Shown one piece after another: positions 37,422-46,812 of a stretch of 64,000 nucleotides of DNA. Numbering within the stretch: position 1 is the first letter of the stretch; the number at the start of each line of letters is the position of its first letter. The stretch covers positions 186,001-250,000 of the forward strand of contig CAYXJN010000004.1 in NCBI GenBank assembly GCA_964464605.1. Direction: 5' to 3'. A model generated the notes under the pieces. It was not told where the DNA came from. It worked only from the letters and a program-made list of their open reading frames with translations, and made no database searches. Made by a program: the position numbers and the translations under genes. This stretch comes from an uncultured Ignavibacteriales bacterium (GTDB taxonomy: Bacteria; Zixibacteria; MSB-5A5; GN15; FEB-12).

Positions 37422-39425
37422 ATGAATACCGTGAACAACAAAGCCGCGTACTTTATCGATCGCCCGGTCGCTTTACTCATTCTCATCGGACTGATTATTG
37501 CCATAGCCGGTTTCGCACTTACCAGTATCATTAAAAGCCGTTCGGATAACGAAAGTATTCTGGTCAATCAGGGGGTCGCCTTTACGGAAGCAATCGCGCA
37601 GTCGGCGCAGACGGCAATCAATGCCGAAGTCACCTACGAAAATCTGTTACAGCGCCGTTTCAGCGGATTGCTGGAACCGATGTTTGAAGCATCATCACCC
37701 GCCAAGCAATCAGCATTGGCCGAGTGGGCGGTGCAGGGGAAAGAGATCGAAGGGATTTTTCTTTTAGACGCCAACGACCTGCATATCATGCTCCGTGTCA
37801 GTGAAACCAGTACCCTTCCTGCGATGGTCACGCAAAAGGCGGCGGAGTTAGTCAAAAATCCGGAGCCGCAGTTTCAACTGTTGTTGGATGATTCGCAGGA
37901 ACTGGGAACTTCACTCCATTATTATTTAGAAATCTCAAATGATCTGCAAACAATCGGCGTACTGGTTGCAGCGGCAGGATATTACACCGAAGCGTTATCC
38001 CATACCCAGATCGGATACCTGGCGCAGAGTATCGCTCAGGAAAGAGGGGTTACGTATGTAATCTATCAGACTCCTCAGGGGATTATCTTTTCCTCACGCA
38101 AAGTAAACCAGTTACTTGCCATCGATTCCGATCCGTTTCTTGCACAGGCGCTTGAAAGCGATACGACGATGCATCGTTTCTACACGCTGAACGAACTCAA
38201 TGTAATGGAGTTTGTCAGGCCGTTTTCATCCCGGAGTTATCCGTTCGGATTATTACGGGTCGGGATTTCGCTGCGACGGTTTAATGCGATAACGCAGGGG
38301 TACCAGATACAGATGGCCGTACTGGCTGGGGCGTTAATCGTGCTGATGTCGGTCGCGCTGTTATATTTGAATGCCCGCAAGAAACGGTTCGAGTTGTCCC
38401 GTCAGTTCGGGCAGTACAAATCGATTTCCGACACGATTTTCGAACGGCTCGTTACCGGTGTCGCGGCGGTGGATACCAGCGGCATTATTAGGGTTACCAA
38501 TTCCGCCTTCAATGATTTACTCAACGTCAAAAATCCGGTCGGCAAACAATGGGATACGTTGTTCAACGGTCAGCTTGCACTTGGCGCATTAATCAATCGC
38601 GCAAAAGCTGAGCGGGAATTTGAACTCGATCTTCAGGAAAGAAATGCAGCTCGTTCTTTATTAGTGGGAGCGTCGCCGTTGCCGGATGATGAAGGAAGCG
38701 GATGGGTGTTTGTTATTTCCGATGTCACCCGTATTAAAGAGATGGAGCAGCAATCGGCGCATAAAGAGCGGTTATCCGAACTCGGTAATTTGGCGGCGGG
38801 AGTGGCGCATGAAATCCGTAATCCGCTCAATGCTATTTCTATCGCCGCGCAGCGACTCGAAACAGAATACAAACATGACCATCCGGACTATGGGCAGTTA
38901 ACCCAGCAAATACGAGGTGAAACAAAACGGCTGAATGATATCATCGCCAAATTTTTAGCCTTAACTCGCACGGAACAAACGCATGCAACGAGTATCGATC
39001 TTGGTGCGGAAATAGAAAAGAGCCTCCGGCTCTTTCGTTTAGAAGCGGAACAAGCCGGTATTGAGTTAACTACGTCAATTATTGGGGGAGTGCATTCCTC
39101 GGTAACGCCGGAGCAGATTAAAACGATTATCGGGAACCTGTTCACCAACACCAAAGAAGCGTTGGAAGGACGTTCTGGGAAGATAGAAATAACTTTGTCA
39201 ATAAAAGGGCAAAATGCCCTTCTGACATTTTCCGATAACGGTCCCGGTATTGCACCGGAAATTCGCGCGAAAGTGTTTACGCCATATTTCACCACTAAAC
39301 CGAGCGGCACCGGACTTGGACTGGCCGCCGTTCATGCGGCGGTGACATCGTTTAAGGGGACAATCAGCATCGAAACCAACCAATGGGGTGGGGCGAAGTT
39401 TGTGATTGAGATTCCGAGAGGGTAA
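37422..39425 (+). CDS. Membrane sensor histidine kinase with PAS (NtrB/ZraS-like)
   Basis: Two TM regions; LAAGVAHEIRNPLN; NLFTN; DNGPGI; FTPYFTTK; GTGLGLA. Confidence 0.92.
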   Translation: MNTVNNKAAYFIDRPVALLILIGLIIAIAGFALTSIIKSRSDNESILVNQGVAFTEAIAQSAQTAINAEVTYENLLQRRFSGLLEPMFEASSPAKQSALAEWAVQGKEIEGIFLLDANDLHIMLRVSETSTLPAMVTQKAAELVKNPEPQFQLLLDDSQELGTSLHYYLEISNDLQTIGVLVAAAGYYTEALSHTQIGYLAQSIAQERGVTYVIYQTPQGIIFSSRKVNQLLAIDSDPFLAQALESDTTMHRFYTLNELNVMEFVRPFSSRSYPFGLLRVGISLRRFNAITQGYQIQMAVLAGALIVLMSVALLYLNARKKRFELSRQFGQYKSISDTIFERLVTGVAAVDTSGIIRVTNSAFNDLLNVKNPVGKQWDTLFNGQLALGALINRAKAEREFELDLQERNAARSLLVGASPLPDDEGSGWVFVISDVTRIKEMEQQSAHKERLSELGNLAAGVAHEIRNPLNAISIAAQRLETEYKHDHPDYGQLTQQIRGETKRLNDIIAKFLALTRTEQTHATSIDLGAEIEKSLRLFRLEAEQAGIELTTSIIGGVHSSVTPEQIKTIIGNLFTNTKEALEGRSGKIEITLSIKGQNALLTFSDNGPGIAPEIRAKVFTPYFTTKPSGTGLGLAAVHAAVTSFKGTISIETNQWGGAKFVIEIPRG

Positions 39426-39427
39426 TT

Positions 39428-39925
39428 ATGCGAGTTGCTTTGATCTTATTGGCGGGTGTAATATTACTTGGCATGAATTGTAAAAAAAATATAATTAATC
39501 ATGAACAGAAGAATTTTAGCAAAAAAACAAGCACAGATTTGCATGCAGATATTTCAGATACATTGTATGCAGATATTAATTGTGACAATATATCCGATCT
39601 CGTGTATGGGTATATTGATAGTTCAGACTTTATTTTGAGGGTTGTTTTAGGACCCTTCTCTGATTCTTCAAAATCTTCATTTATACGCCTCATTGCTTAT
39701 GAACCCGGGAGCCAGAGTGGTTTGTGTGGGAAAGAGATTCATTTAGAGTTCGAGAGCTTTAACTATACGGAAGAAGAAATAGAAGAGATAGGAGGGTTAC
39801 CGGAAGGGATGAAAGTATCCGATAAATGCCCGGGTATTAATGTATCCACTCTGGATAGTGAGTGTGATAGTTTTCATTGTTATTGGAATCATGAACGGAA
39901 CCAACTTTACTGGTGGCGACTGTAG
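39428..39925 (+). CDS. Hypothetical lipoprotein, AT-rich
   Basis: Signal peptide with GMN-C lipobox; four further Cys; visibly lower GC than the flanking genes. Confidence 0.65.
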   Translation: MRVALILLAGVILLGMNCKKNIINHEQKNFSKKTSTDLHADISDTLYADINCDNISDLVYGYIDSSDFILRVVLGPFSDSSKSSFIRLIAYEPGSQSGLCGKEIHLEFESFNYTEEEIEEIGGLPEGMKVSDKCPGINVSTLDSECDSFHCYWNHERNQLYWWRL

Positions 39926-39954
39926 TATTTTTAGTAGTCGAAATATCTGATATT

Positions 39955-40209
39955 ATGTACCACCTCTACATTCTCAAATGCGCTGATGGGACGTTGTATA
40001 CCGGGATTACGGTTGATGTAACGCGAAGGATGAAAGAGCATAATACCTCGCATCTCGGAGCGAAGTATACGCGAGGGAGAAGACCGGTTGAGCTTGTTTA
40101 TTCGCAGAAGTTTCGCACGCGCTCGAATGCTCCCAAGGCAGAAGCACGAATCAAGAAGCTGCCTCGCACAGAAAAATTGAAATTACTCGGAAACAAAAAG
40201 CGGCAGTGA
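39955..40209 (+). CDS. GIY-YIG nuclease family protein (UPF0213/YazA-like)
   Basis: YHLYILKCADGTLYTGITVDVTRRMKEHN..GAKYTRGRRPVELVY..E..IK. Confidence 0.88.
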   Translation: MYHLYILKCADGTLYTGITVDVTRRMKEHNTSHLGAKYTRGRRPVELVYSQKFRTRSNAPKAEARIKKLPRTEKLKLLGNKKRQ

Positions 40210-40225
40210 ACATTGTTCACTGCCG
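40195..40225 (-). terminator. Citrate synthase terminator, overlapping the GIY-YIG stop
   Basis: CGGCAGTGAAC-att-GTTCACTGCCG with an upstream A tract. Confidence 0.7.
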
Positions 40226-40238
40226 TTAAATTCAAGAT

Positions 40239-40266
40239 GTCAAACCCCGCAGGGGTTTTGACCTAC
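40239..40266 (-). repeat. GTAG-type REP-like palindrome
   Basis: Minus strand GTAG-GTCAAAACCCC-tgc-GGGGTTTGAC: GTAG tetranucleotide followed by an imperfect hairpin in an intergenic position. Confidence 0.5.
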
Positions 40267-40278
40267 AAAGAAGACAAT

Positions 40279-41559
40279 CTACTTAGCGGCCTGTTGTTTC
40301 AGCCATTCGGTGCTGACTGATTTCGGGCGGGTAATCGGTTCGCCGATGGCGCGGCTCAAGATCAACTGCGACAGCATACCCATCGCACGGGAGACCGAGA
40401 AGAGCACCGTGTAATATTGGAACTCTTTTAAGCCGTAGTAGTGAAGCACCGACCCGGAGGCGGCATCGACATTCGGCCAGGGGTCTTTCGCTTTACCCTG
40501 TTCGGTGAGCACTTTCGGGACAACGTCGAATACGCGCTGAACGGTTTGGAAGACCGGGTCTTTGCCGAGATATTTCTGTCCGAAGTTGATAAAGGCTGTA
40601 AACCGCGGATCAGTGATACGCAGCACTGCGTGACCGTACCCGGGAATAACATGGCCACCTTTGAGCGTCGACCAGGCATAATCGTATAGTTGCTTTTCAG
40701 TGGGCGTTCCGCCGAATTTCTCGACCGTTTCCAGCACCCATTTCAGGCATTCCTGATTGGCCAAGCCATGCAAGGGGCCTGCCAGGCCGTTCAGACCGGC
40801 TGAGACGGCGTAATACGGGTCGGAGAGGGCAGAGCCGACGGTATGGCAGGTAAGAGCCGACACGTTGCCGCTTTCATGGTCGGAGTGAACCGTAAGGTAA
40901 AGCTGCATCATCTTGGCGGTTTCCCCTTTTTTGGGGGCAAGGCCAAGCATTTTGACATAGTCGGACGCCCAGTCGAGCTTTTTGGAAGGCTCAATCAGTT
41001 CACCCTTTTTGTATTTGATTCGATAGATACCGGCGGCAATGGTGTGAATCGTTCCCATGATCCGCATCGAGTCGGCAAGGGTGGCTTCCCAGTACTCGTT
41101 CTTGTTCATTCCTTCGTCGTAGCGTTTGCGGAAGATTGATTCATTTTCCATCGCCAGAATCGCGGTGTCGAGCATAGCCATCGGATGGGATGTTTTAGGC
41201 ATCGCCTTGAGAATTTTCCAGACATAGGCCGGAACTTCGCCGTTTGCCTTGAGGTCTTTTTGAAACTGCGCCAATTCATCTGCCGTCGGCAGTTCACCGA
41301 TCAACAAGAGCCAGAAAATTTCTTCGGGGAGACGGTCGGTAAGTTTCAGGATCGGAATGCCGCGGATAACGAGGCCGGTATCCTGCTCGACTACCGAGGT
41401 ATCGCAGAGTAAACACCGGACGCCACGTATTCCGCCCAGGGTTTGGCCAATCGTAACTTTGGATATCTCTTTTTCGCCGTGTTTTTGGGCCAGTTCGTTG
41501 ACGTCAGCTTTCAGACGGGGGACTAACTCGGCGAATCTTTCTTTAATCGTTTTGGCCAT
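40279..41559 (-). CDS. gltA: Citrate (Si)-synthase, eukaryote-like dimeric type
   Basis: HSDHESGNVSA, GLAGPLHGLANQE, IPGYGHAVLRITDPR, PWPNVDA; N-terminal GGIRG segment typical of the eukaryotic type. Confidence 0.93.
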   Translation of the reverse strand: MAKTIKERFAELVPRLKADVNELAQKHGEKEISKVTIGQTLGGIRGVRCLLCDTSVVEQDTGLVIRGIPILKLTDRLPEEIFWLLLIGELPTADELAQFQKDLKANGEVPAYVWKILKAMPKTSHPMAMLDTAILAMENESIFRKRYDEGMNKNEYWEATLADSMRIMGTIHTIAAGIYRIKYKKGELIEPSKKLDWASDYVKMLGLAPKKGETAKMMQLYLTVHSDHESGNVSALTCHTVGSALSDPYYAVSAGLNGLAGPLHGLANQECLKWVLETVEKFGGTPTEKQLYDYAWSTLKGGHVIPGYGHAVLRITDPRFTAFINFGQKYLGKDPVFQTVQRVFDVVPKVLTEQGKAKDPWPNVDAASGSVLHYYGLKEFQYYTVLFSVSRAMGMLSQLILSRAIGEPITRPKSVSTEWLKQQAAK

Positions 41560-41625
41560 ATCGGGGCAAGCTCCTTATGCGTGGTTACCTCACTGGTATC
41601 ATCGACACTTCGACTTTTTTGCTTA

Positions 41626-41679
41626 ATGTGAAAGGATTCACATTTTTTTGAGAATACAACGGGATTTTTGGGCTGTCAA
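41626..41679 (-). promoter_or_regulatory. gltA promoter with a Rex/CRP-like palindrome at the start site
   Basis: TTGACA (41679-41674), N17, TATTCT (41656-41651); ATGTGAA-agga-TTCACAT at 41626-41643. Confidence 0.6.
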
Positions 41680-41702
41680 GAGCCGTCGTTTTGTGTGCGA
41701 TG

Positions 41703-43076
41703 TTATGCTGAAAGAAAGATTTTTCCCGGGTTCAAAAGCCCGGAGGGGTCGAAGATCGATTTGATGGTTTTCATCGCGCCGATTGTCGGCTGGTCAAACT
41801 CCCACGAAAGGTATTTTCGCTTGGCGATTCCGACACCATGCTCGCCGGTCAGCGTACCGCCCAGCTGAATCGTTTTTTTCAGCATCGCTTCGATTTCCTC
41901 TTCGATAATCGCAAGCTCTTCCGGCGTTTTAGTCATTCCCATGAAGTTGACATGCAGGTTCCCATCTCCGGCGTGCCCGAAAGCGTTCATTTTCAATCGG
42001 CCACGCCGATTTCTTTCATCAACAAATGCTACCAGTTCAGCAAATTTAGAATTAGGGACGGCGACATCCTCTGAAACCCGGATTTTTGCCATCGCTTTTA
42101 CCGCCTTTGAAAGGTTGCGGCGAATCTTCCAGAGTGTCTGCGCTTTTAACGGGTCGGTTTCGACGCGGAAATAGGAAGCGGCATGCTGCCGGCAGATATT
42201 CTCGAGTGATTTGGTGTCGATTTCCGCTGTTTCCTCCGTCGTTTCTAAAAGCAGGAGGGCGGCGACATTGTCGAGTCCATCCGTTTTCTCATAGGTGTTG
42301 GAGCAGGCGGCGGCATCGCCGTCGAGATATTCCATAACGGTCAGGATCATTCCGGATCGGTTAATCGCTTCGATTGTTTTGGCTGCGTTGGTCGGATTGG
42401 CGAACGCGACCAGCAGTGTCGCTCCCGGTTTCGGAATCGGAATCAATCGGAATGCTATTTTCGTAATGACCGCGAGTGTCCCTTCGGAGGCGATAAGAAT
42501 ATCTTCAATCGCGAACCCCTGCTGTTTTGCAAAGAGACCGGTCTGAATTTTTTCGCTGTTGCAGGTGATTGCTTCAAGCCCGATTACATAATCTTCCGTT
42601 ACGCCGAATCGCTTACAGCGCAAGCCGCCCGCCCCTTCGGCCACATTGCCCCCGAGCGTTGATTCAGCAAAACTGGCCGGGTCGGGTGGGTAGGTGAGAC
42701 CATACACAGCGGCGGCATCAATCAGTTCTTTCGTTATCAATCCCGGCCCACACACTGCAACCTGCTGTTTGCTGTCGATCGTGAGTTCTTTCATTCGCTC
42801 GGTTGAAAGCACAACCCCGCCCTGTTCGGCGATACAACCACCTGATAACCCGGTGCCGGCACCACGCGGAACGACTGATAGTTTGTTTTCATGGCAGAAT
42901 TGAAGTGTTGCGATAACATCCTGTTCCGTCTCGGCCATAATCACGGCGTCAGGGATGCCTATGTCGGTGGTAGCGTCATGGGAGTATGGATCGAGTGATT
43001 GTAAATCCGTCATAAGCAGTTGAGGCCGCGACAAGCGCGACCTCAATGTATCAATTTGTGCTGGTGTAATGGCCAC
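41703..43076 (-). CDS. FAD-linked oxidase, GlcD/D-lactate dehydrogenase family
   Basis: PRGAGTGLSGG, YPPDPAS, GHAGDGNLH, GEHGVG, DPSGLLNPGK. Start placed at GTG 43076, just after the upstream stop. Confidence 0.9.
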   Translation of the reverse strand: MAITPAQIDTLRSRLSRPQLLMTDLQSLDPYSHDATTDIGIPDAVIMAETEQDVIATLQFCHENKLSVVPRGAGTGLSGGCIAEQGGVVLSTERMKELTIDSKQQVAVCGPGLITKELIDAAAVYGLTYPPDPASFAESTLGGNVAEGAGGLRCKRFGVTEDYVIGLEAITCNSEKIQTGLFAKQQGFAIEDILIASEGTLAVITKIAFRLIPIPKPGATLLVAFANPTNAAKTIEAINRSGMILTVMEYLDGDAAACSNTYEKTDGLDNVAALLLLETTEETAEIDTKSLENICRQHAASYFRVETDPLKAQTLWKIRRNLSKAVKAMAKIRVSEDVAVPNSKFAELVAFVDERNRRGRLKMNAFGHAGDGNLHVNFMGMTKTPEELAIIEEEIEAMLKKTIQLGGTLTGEHGVGIAKRKYLSWEFDQPTIGAMKTIKSIFDPSGLLNPGKIFLSA

Positions 43077-43077
43077 G

Positions 43078-43353
43078 TCAGGAATTACCGGATGAGGAGG
43101 AGGGTTTACTCTCGCTCGGTTTCGACTCTTTTTTGCTTTCCGAGGATGATCCACCCGAATCTGATTTCGGCTTGTTTTTGTAATCGGTCAGATAAAATCC
43201 GGAGCCTTTGAAAATAAGCCCGGCGCCGCCGCTGATCAGCCGTTCCGGTTTTCCACCGCAGAAAGGACATTTGTCTATTGGCGGGTCGCTGATTTTTTGG
43301 AGTTCTTCAAATTCCTTGCCGCAGTTCGTGCAGCGATACTGATATGTTGGCAT
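43078..43353 (-). CDS. FmdB family zinc-ribbon regulatory protein
   Basis: MPTYQYRCTNCG..CPFCGG..FKGSGFYLTDY. Confidence 0.9.
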   Translation of the reverse strand: MPTYQYRCTNCGKEFEELQKISDPPIDKCPFCGGKPERLISGGAGLIFKGSGFYLTDYKNKPKSDSGGSSSESKKESKPSESKPSSSSGNS

Positions 43354-43362
43354 GGCGGTGTT

Positions 43363-44556
43363 CTACAGTAATGCTTCTAAATCTTGTTTAATCCGCTTAC
43401 AACCTTCAACGACCTGATCGTAGGAAGTCGCATAGGAGATACGCAGATTCGTATCGGCACCAAAACCTGAACCGGGGACAACGGCAGCATGGCTTCGGTT
43501 TAGCAGATACATACAAAGATCGTCGGACCCTTTAATCTCCTGTCCGGCTGCTCTGCGACCAAAGAAGCGGCGAATGTCGGGAAAAAGGTAAAACGCGCCT
43601 TCCGGTTTCGGACAAACGACACCTGGAATAGTAGCGAGAATCTCCATGGCGGCATCCCGGTTTTTCAGCAGTTTCGGAATAAGTCGTTTGGCGAATCCCG
43701 GGTCTTGCTGCATTGCGGCAAGCGCTGCTGCCTGCGAAAGAGAACAGGCGTTGGAGGTGCTGTGCGATTGAATTGTCGCAGCGGCATCCATGACCTCTTT
43801 CGGTCCGGCAGAGTAGCCGACTCGCCAGCCGGTCATGGCAAACGCTTTGGAAAAACCGTTTACGATAATCGTTCGTGAGGCAATTTCCGGAACAATCTGA
43901 GCAGGCGTATGATGCTGCGCGGGCGGGAAGACCAGTTCTTCATAAATCTCATCAGATAAAATCCAGCAGTCAAACTCGGTGGCTATCTTTGCGACAACTG
44001 CAAACGATTCTTTCGTAAATACAGCGCCGGTCGGATTGTTCGGCGAACAGATGATAATCAGTTTCGTTCGGCGGGACATGGCGGCGCGCAGGCGATTTTC
44101 ATCGATTTGAAAATTCTCCGATGCCCGTGTCTCGACAATAACCGGAGTCGCATTGGCAATTTTTACCTGTTGCGGATACGTCGGCCAATAAGGAGCAAAG
44201 ATAATAACTTCATCACCGGCATTGCAAAGCGCAAGCACGGTATTGAACATTGCCTGTTTCACGCCGGCGGAAACGACAATCTGTTCCGGGGTGAATGACT
44301 GTCCGTTATCCCGCAAAAGCTTTTCGGCAATCGCGCGGCGTAGTTCTATCGTACCGGTGTTGAGGGTGTAGTGGGTGAAGTTATCATCGATCGCTTTGCG
44401 TCCGGCCGCTTTGGCGACTTCGGGCGTTGGTTCATCCAGTTCTCCGGCTACAAGGGAAATAACATCGACACCGCTTGCCTTAAGCGCCTTCACGCGCGCA
44501 AAAAAGGCGAGGGTGTCCGACTCGCGAACGTTTGCCATGGTTGTGGAAAGATTCAT
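43363..44556 (-). CDS. Class I PLP-dependent (aspartate) aminotransferase
   Basis: SPNNPTG, SDEIYE, NGFSKAFAMTGWRVG, PGSGFG..RISYA. Confidence 0.93.
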   Translation of the reverse strand: MNLSTTMANVRESDTLAFFARVKALKASGVDVISLVAGELDEPTPEVAKAAGRKAIDDNFTHYTLNTGTIELRRAIAEKLLRDNGQSFTPEQIVVSAGVKQAMFNTVLALCNAGDEVIIFAPYWPTYPQQVKIANATPVIVETRASENFQIDENRLRAAMSRRTKLIIICSPNNPTGAVFTKESFAVVAKIATEFDCWILSDEIYEELVFPPAQHHTPAQIVPEIASRTIIVNGFSKAFAMTGWRVGYSAGPKEVMDAAATIQSHSTSNACSLSQAAALAAMQQDPGFAKRLIPKLLKNRDAAMEILATIPGVVCPKPEGAFYLFPDIRRFFGRRAAGQEIKGSDDLCMYLLNRSHAAVVPGSGFGADTNLRISYATSYDQVVEGCKRIKQDLEALL

Positions 44557-44601
44557 ATCAGTTGCTAATCAAACGCCGTTTGTTCCGCATGTCAACTTCG
44601 C

Positions 44602-45606
44602 TCAACCTTTCATCAGGACGGCAATAGCGGAGGTGTCGACAATATCTTCCGCCGAACAGCCGCGCGACAGATCGTTCGCCGGTTTGGCCAATCCCTGGCT
44701 GACCGGGCCGGTAGCTGTCGCTCCCGCAAGACGTTCTGTCAGTTTGTAGCCGATGTTGCCGGCATCCAAATCAGGGAATATCAGGATATTCGCTTGTCCG
44801 GCAATCTCTGAATTGGGAGCTTTTCGCTTACCGATTTCCGGCAGTAATGCGGCATCTAACTGCAATTCACCGTCAGCTTTTATTTCCGGTCGCATTTTTT
44901 GGAATATCTCCAACCCTTTGAGTACCTTTTCTACGTCCGGATGTGTTGCCGAACCTTTGGTCGAAAATGAAAGGAAGGCGACTTTCGGTTCCATGCCCAG
45001 AAGGTTGATCATGGTATCGACGGTTGCTGACGCTATCGAGGCGAGTTGCTCTGAGGTCGGATTTGGTACGACCGCGCAGTCAGCAAACAGAATAATCTTG
45101 TTTAATTCTTCACGAAAACGGGGAAGGGTCATAATGAACGAACTGGAAATCGTGCTAATCCCTTCTTTCATCCCGATAACCTGAATAGCGGCGCGCAGCA
45201 CATCGCCGGTAGTATTGACCGCACCGGAAACGGAAGCGTCGGCAATATCCTTTCGTACCATCATCGCGCCGTAGTACAGCGGGTTACTCATCGCCGTGTG
45301 CGCCTGTTGCTCGGTGATTCCTTTTTGTTTGCGCAGCGCCATAAAATCATCGACAAAGGCCGCATAGTTTGCTGCTTTTGACGGTTCGATAACTTCTATC
45401 TTTGCCAGATTTAACCCATGCTCTTTCGCTAACGCAGTGATGTGATTCTGGTCGCCTAAAATAGTAACCGATGCGATGCTCTCACTGATTAGTTTCTTGG
45501 CTGCCTGAATCGTGCGCGGATCGGTCCCTTCCGGCAGAACGACTCGCCGTTTTTTTGCGCGGGCTTTATCTCTGAAAAAAGATGATACGTTCATATACCG
45601 TGTCAC
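44602..45606 (-). CDS. pta: Phosphate acetyltransferase
   Basis: VVLPEG, ADCAVVPNP, FLSFSTKGS, DGELQLDAA, FPDLDAGNIGYK, NDLSRGCS. Confidence 0.93.
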   Translation of the reverse strand: MTRYMNVSSFFRDKARAKKRRVVLPEGTDPRTIQAAKKLISESIASVTILGDQNHITALAKEHGLNLAKIEVIEPSKAANYAAFVDDFMALRKQKGITEQQAHTAMSNPLYYGAMMVRKDIADASVSGAVNTTGDVLRAAIQVIGMKEGISTISSSFIMTLPRFREELNKIILFADCAVVPNPTSEQLASIASATVDTMINLLGMEPKVAFLSFSTKGSATHPDVEKVLKGLEIFQKMRPEIKADGELQLDAALLPEIGKRKAPNSEIAGQANILIFPDLDAGNIGYKLTERLAGATATGPVSQGLAKPANDLSRGCSAEDIVDTSAIAVLMKG

Positions 45607-46726
45607 TTATGCCGGTTTTCCGTCGGTGTTAAGTTCGGGGTCTGCTAAAAATGCTTCGATAAACCGGTCGATATCCCCGTCCATCACCGCCTGCACGTTG
45701 CCGGTTTCGACATCGGTGCGGTGATCTTTGACCATGTTGTACGGATGAAACACATACGACCGAATCTGCGAGCCCCATTCGATTTTCTTTTTCGATTGCT
45801 CAAATTTGTTCATCTTCGCCGCTTCCTCCTCTTTTCTGAGTTGGTACAGCCGGGCTTTTAACACGGTAAAGGCGGCATCCTTGTTTTTGTGCTGGCTGCG
45901 CTCTGATTGGCAGGTCACCACGATTCCGGTAGGGAAGTGGGTAATGCGGATGGCTGAAGATGTTTTGTTAATGTGCTGGCCGCCTGCACCGGAGGAGCGG
46001 AAGGTGTCGATACGAATGTCATCCTCTTTGATTTCAATGTCGATATTGTCTTCCACCATCGGATACACATGCACCGACACGAACGAGGTATGTCTGCGGG
46101 CGTTGGAATCAAACGGTGAGATACGCACCAAGCGATGTACACCCGATTCCGCTTTCAAAAAACCGTAAGCGTAGTCCCCTTTAATTTCGATGGTCGCCGA
46201 TTTCAAGCCGGCTTCTTCACCCGGTTGATAGTCGATTAATTCCGAGCCGAACCCTTTCCGTTCAACCCAGCGGTTATACATGCGGAAAAGCATGTCCGCC
46301 CAATCCTGCGACTCTGTGCCACCTGCGCCGGGATGGATAGTGACAATCGCATCCCGTAAATCATCCGGGCCTGAAAGCATGGCGGTCATTTCAAAATTAT
46401 TGATCGCCTCTTCCAATGTCTCCATTGATTTGGTCAGCTCTTTGGCGTCGGCCGGATTGCTGTCAGGATCAGTCAGTTCGATAAGCTCTTCATTATCCTG
46501 AATGTCACGGGCAAGACGGGAATGGGTATCGAGAATTTTCTTTTGCGCGGAGAGTTCTTTTAAAACAGCCTGCGCCGCCTGGTTGTTATTCCAAAAGTCA
46601 GCGCCGGTAGAGCGCTCTTCCAGTTGGACAACTTTGGCGCGCCGGGAGTCGAGGTCAAAGATACCTCGCTAACTTATCCAGCCGCTCACGTAATTCAGGG
46701 AGCCGGGATTTGAGTTCGCTAATCAT
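45607..46726 (-). CDS. prfB: Peptide chain release factor 2 with a programmed +1 frameshift (372 aa joined)
   Basis: ATG 46726, 23 codons, then AGG TAT CTT TGA C (CTT at 46660-46658); the +1 frame runs to 45607 with SPF and GGQ motifs. Confidence 0.95.
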
Positions 46727-46812
46727 AGGCTGAAAAGTATACTGATATTCAATACGCGGGTCAAACGAATAGACTACCTGTTCTACCTGAAAATCAGTAC
46801 ATTGTGTGTCCT

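Noticed and set aside
40208..40218. Second LexA-like box (GAAC..GTTC) near the GIY-YIG gene
   Set aside because: The spacer is 3 nt, not 4, and it is the apex of a terminator hairpin at gene ends.
43077..43154. N-terminal extension of the FAD oxidase given by the ORF track
   Set aside because: It overlaps the FmdB gene; GTG 43076 right after that gene's stop is more plausible.
45607..46726. prfB as a pseudogene or sequencing frameshift
   Set aside because: The break is the canonical CTT-TGA-C programmed frameshift.
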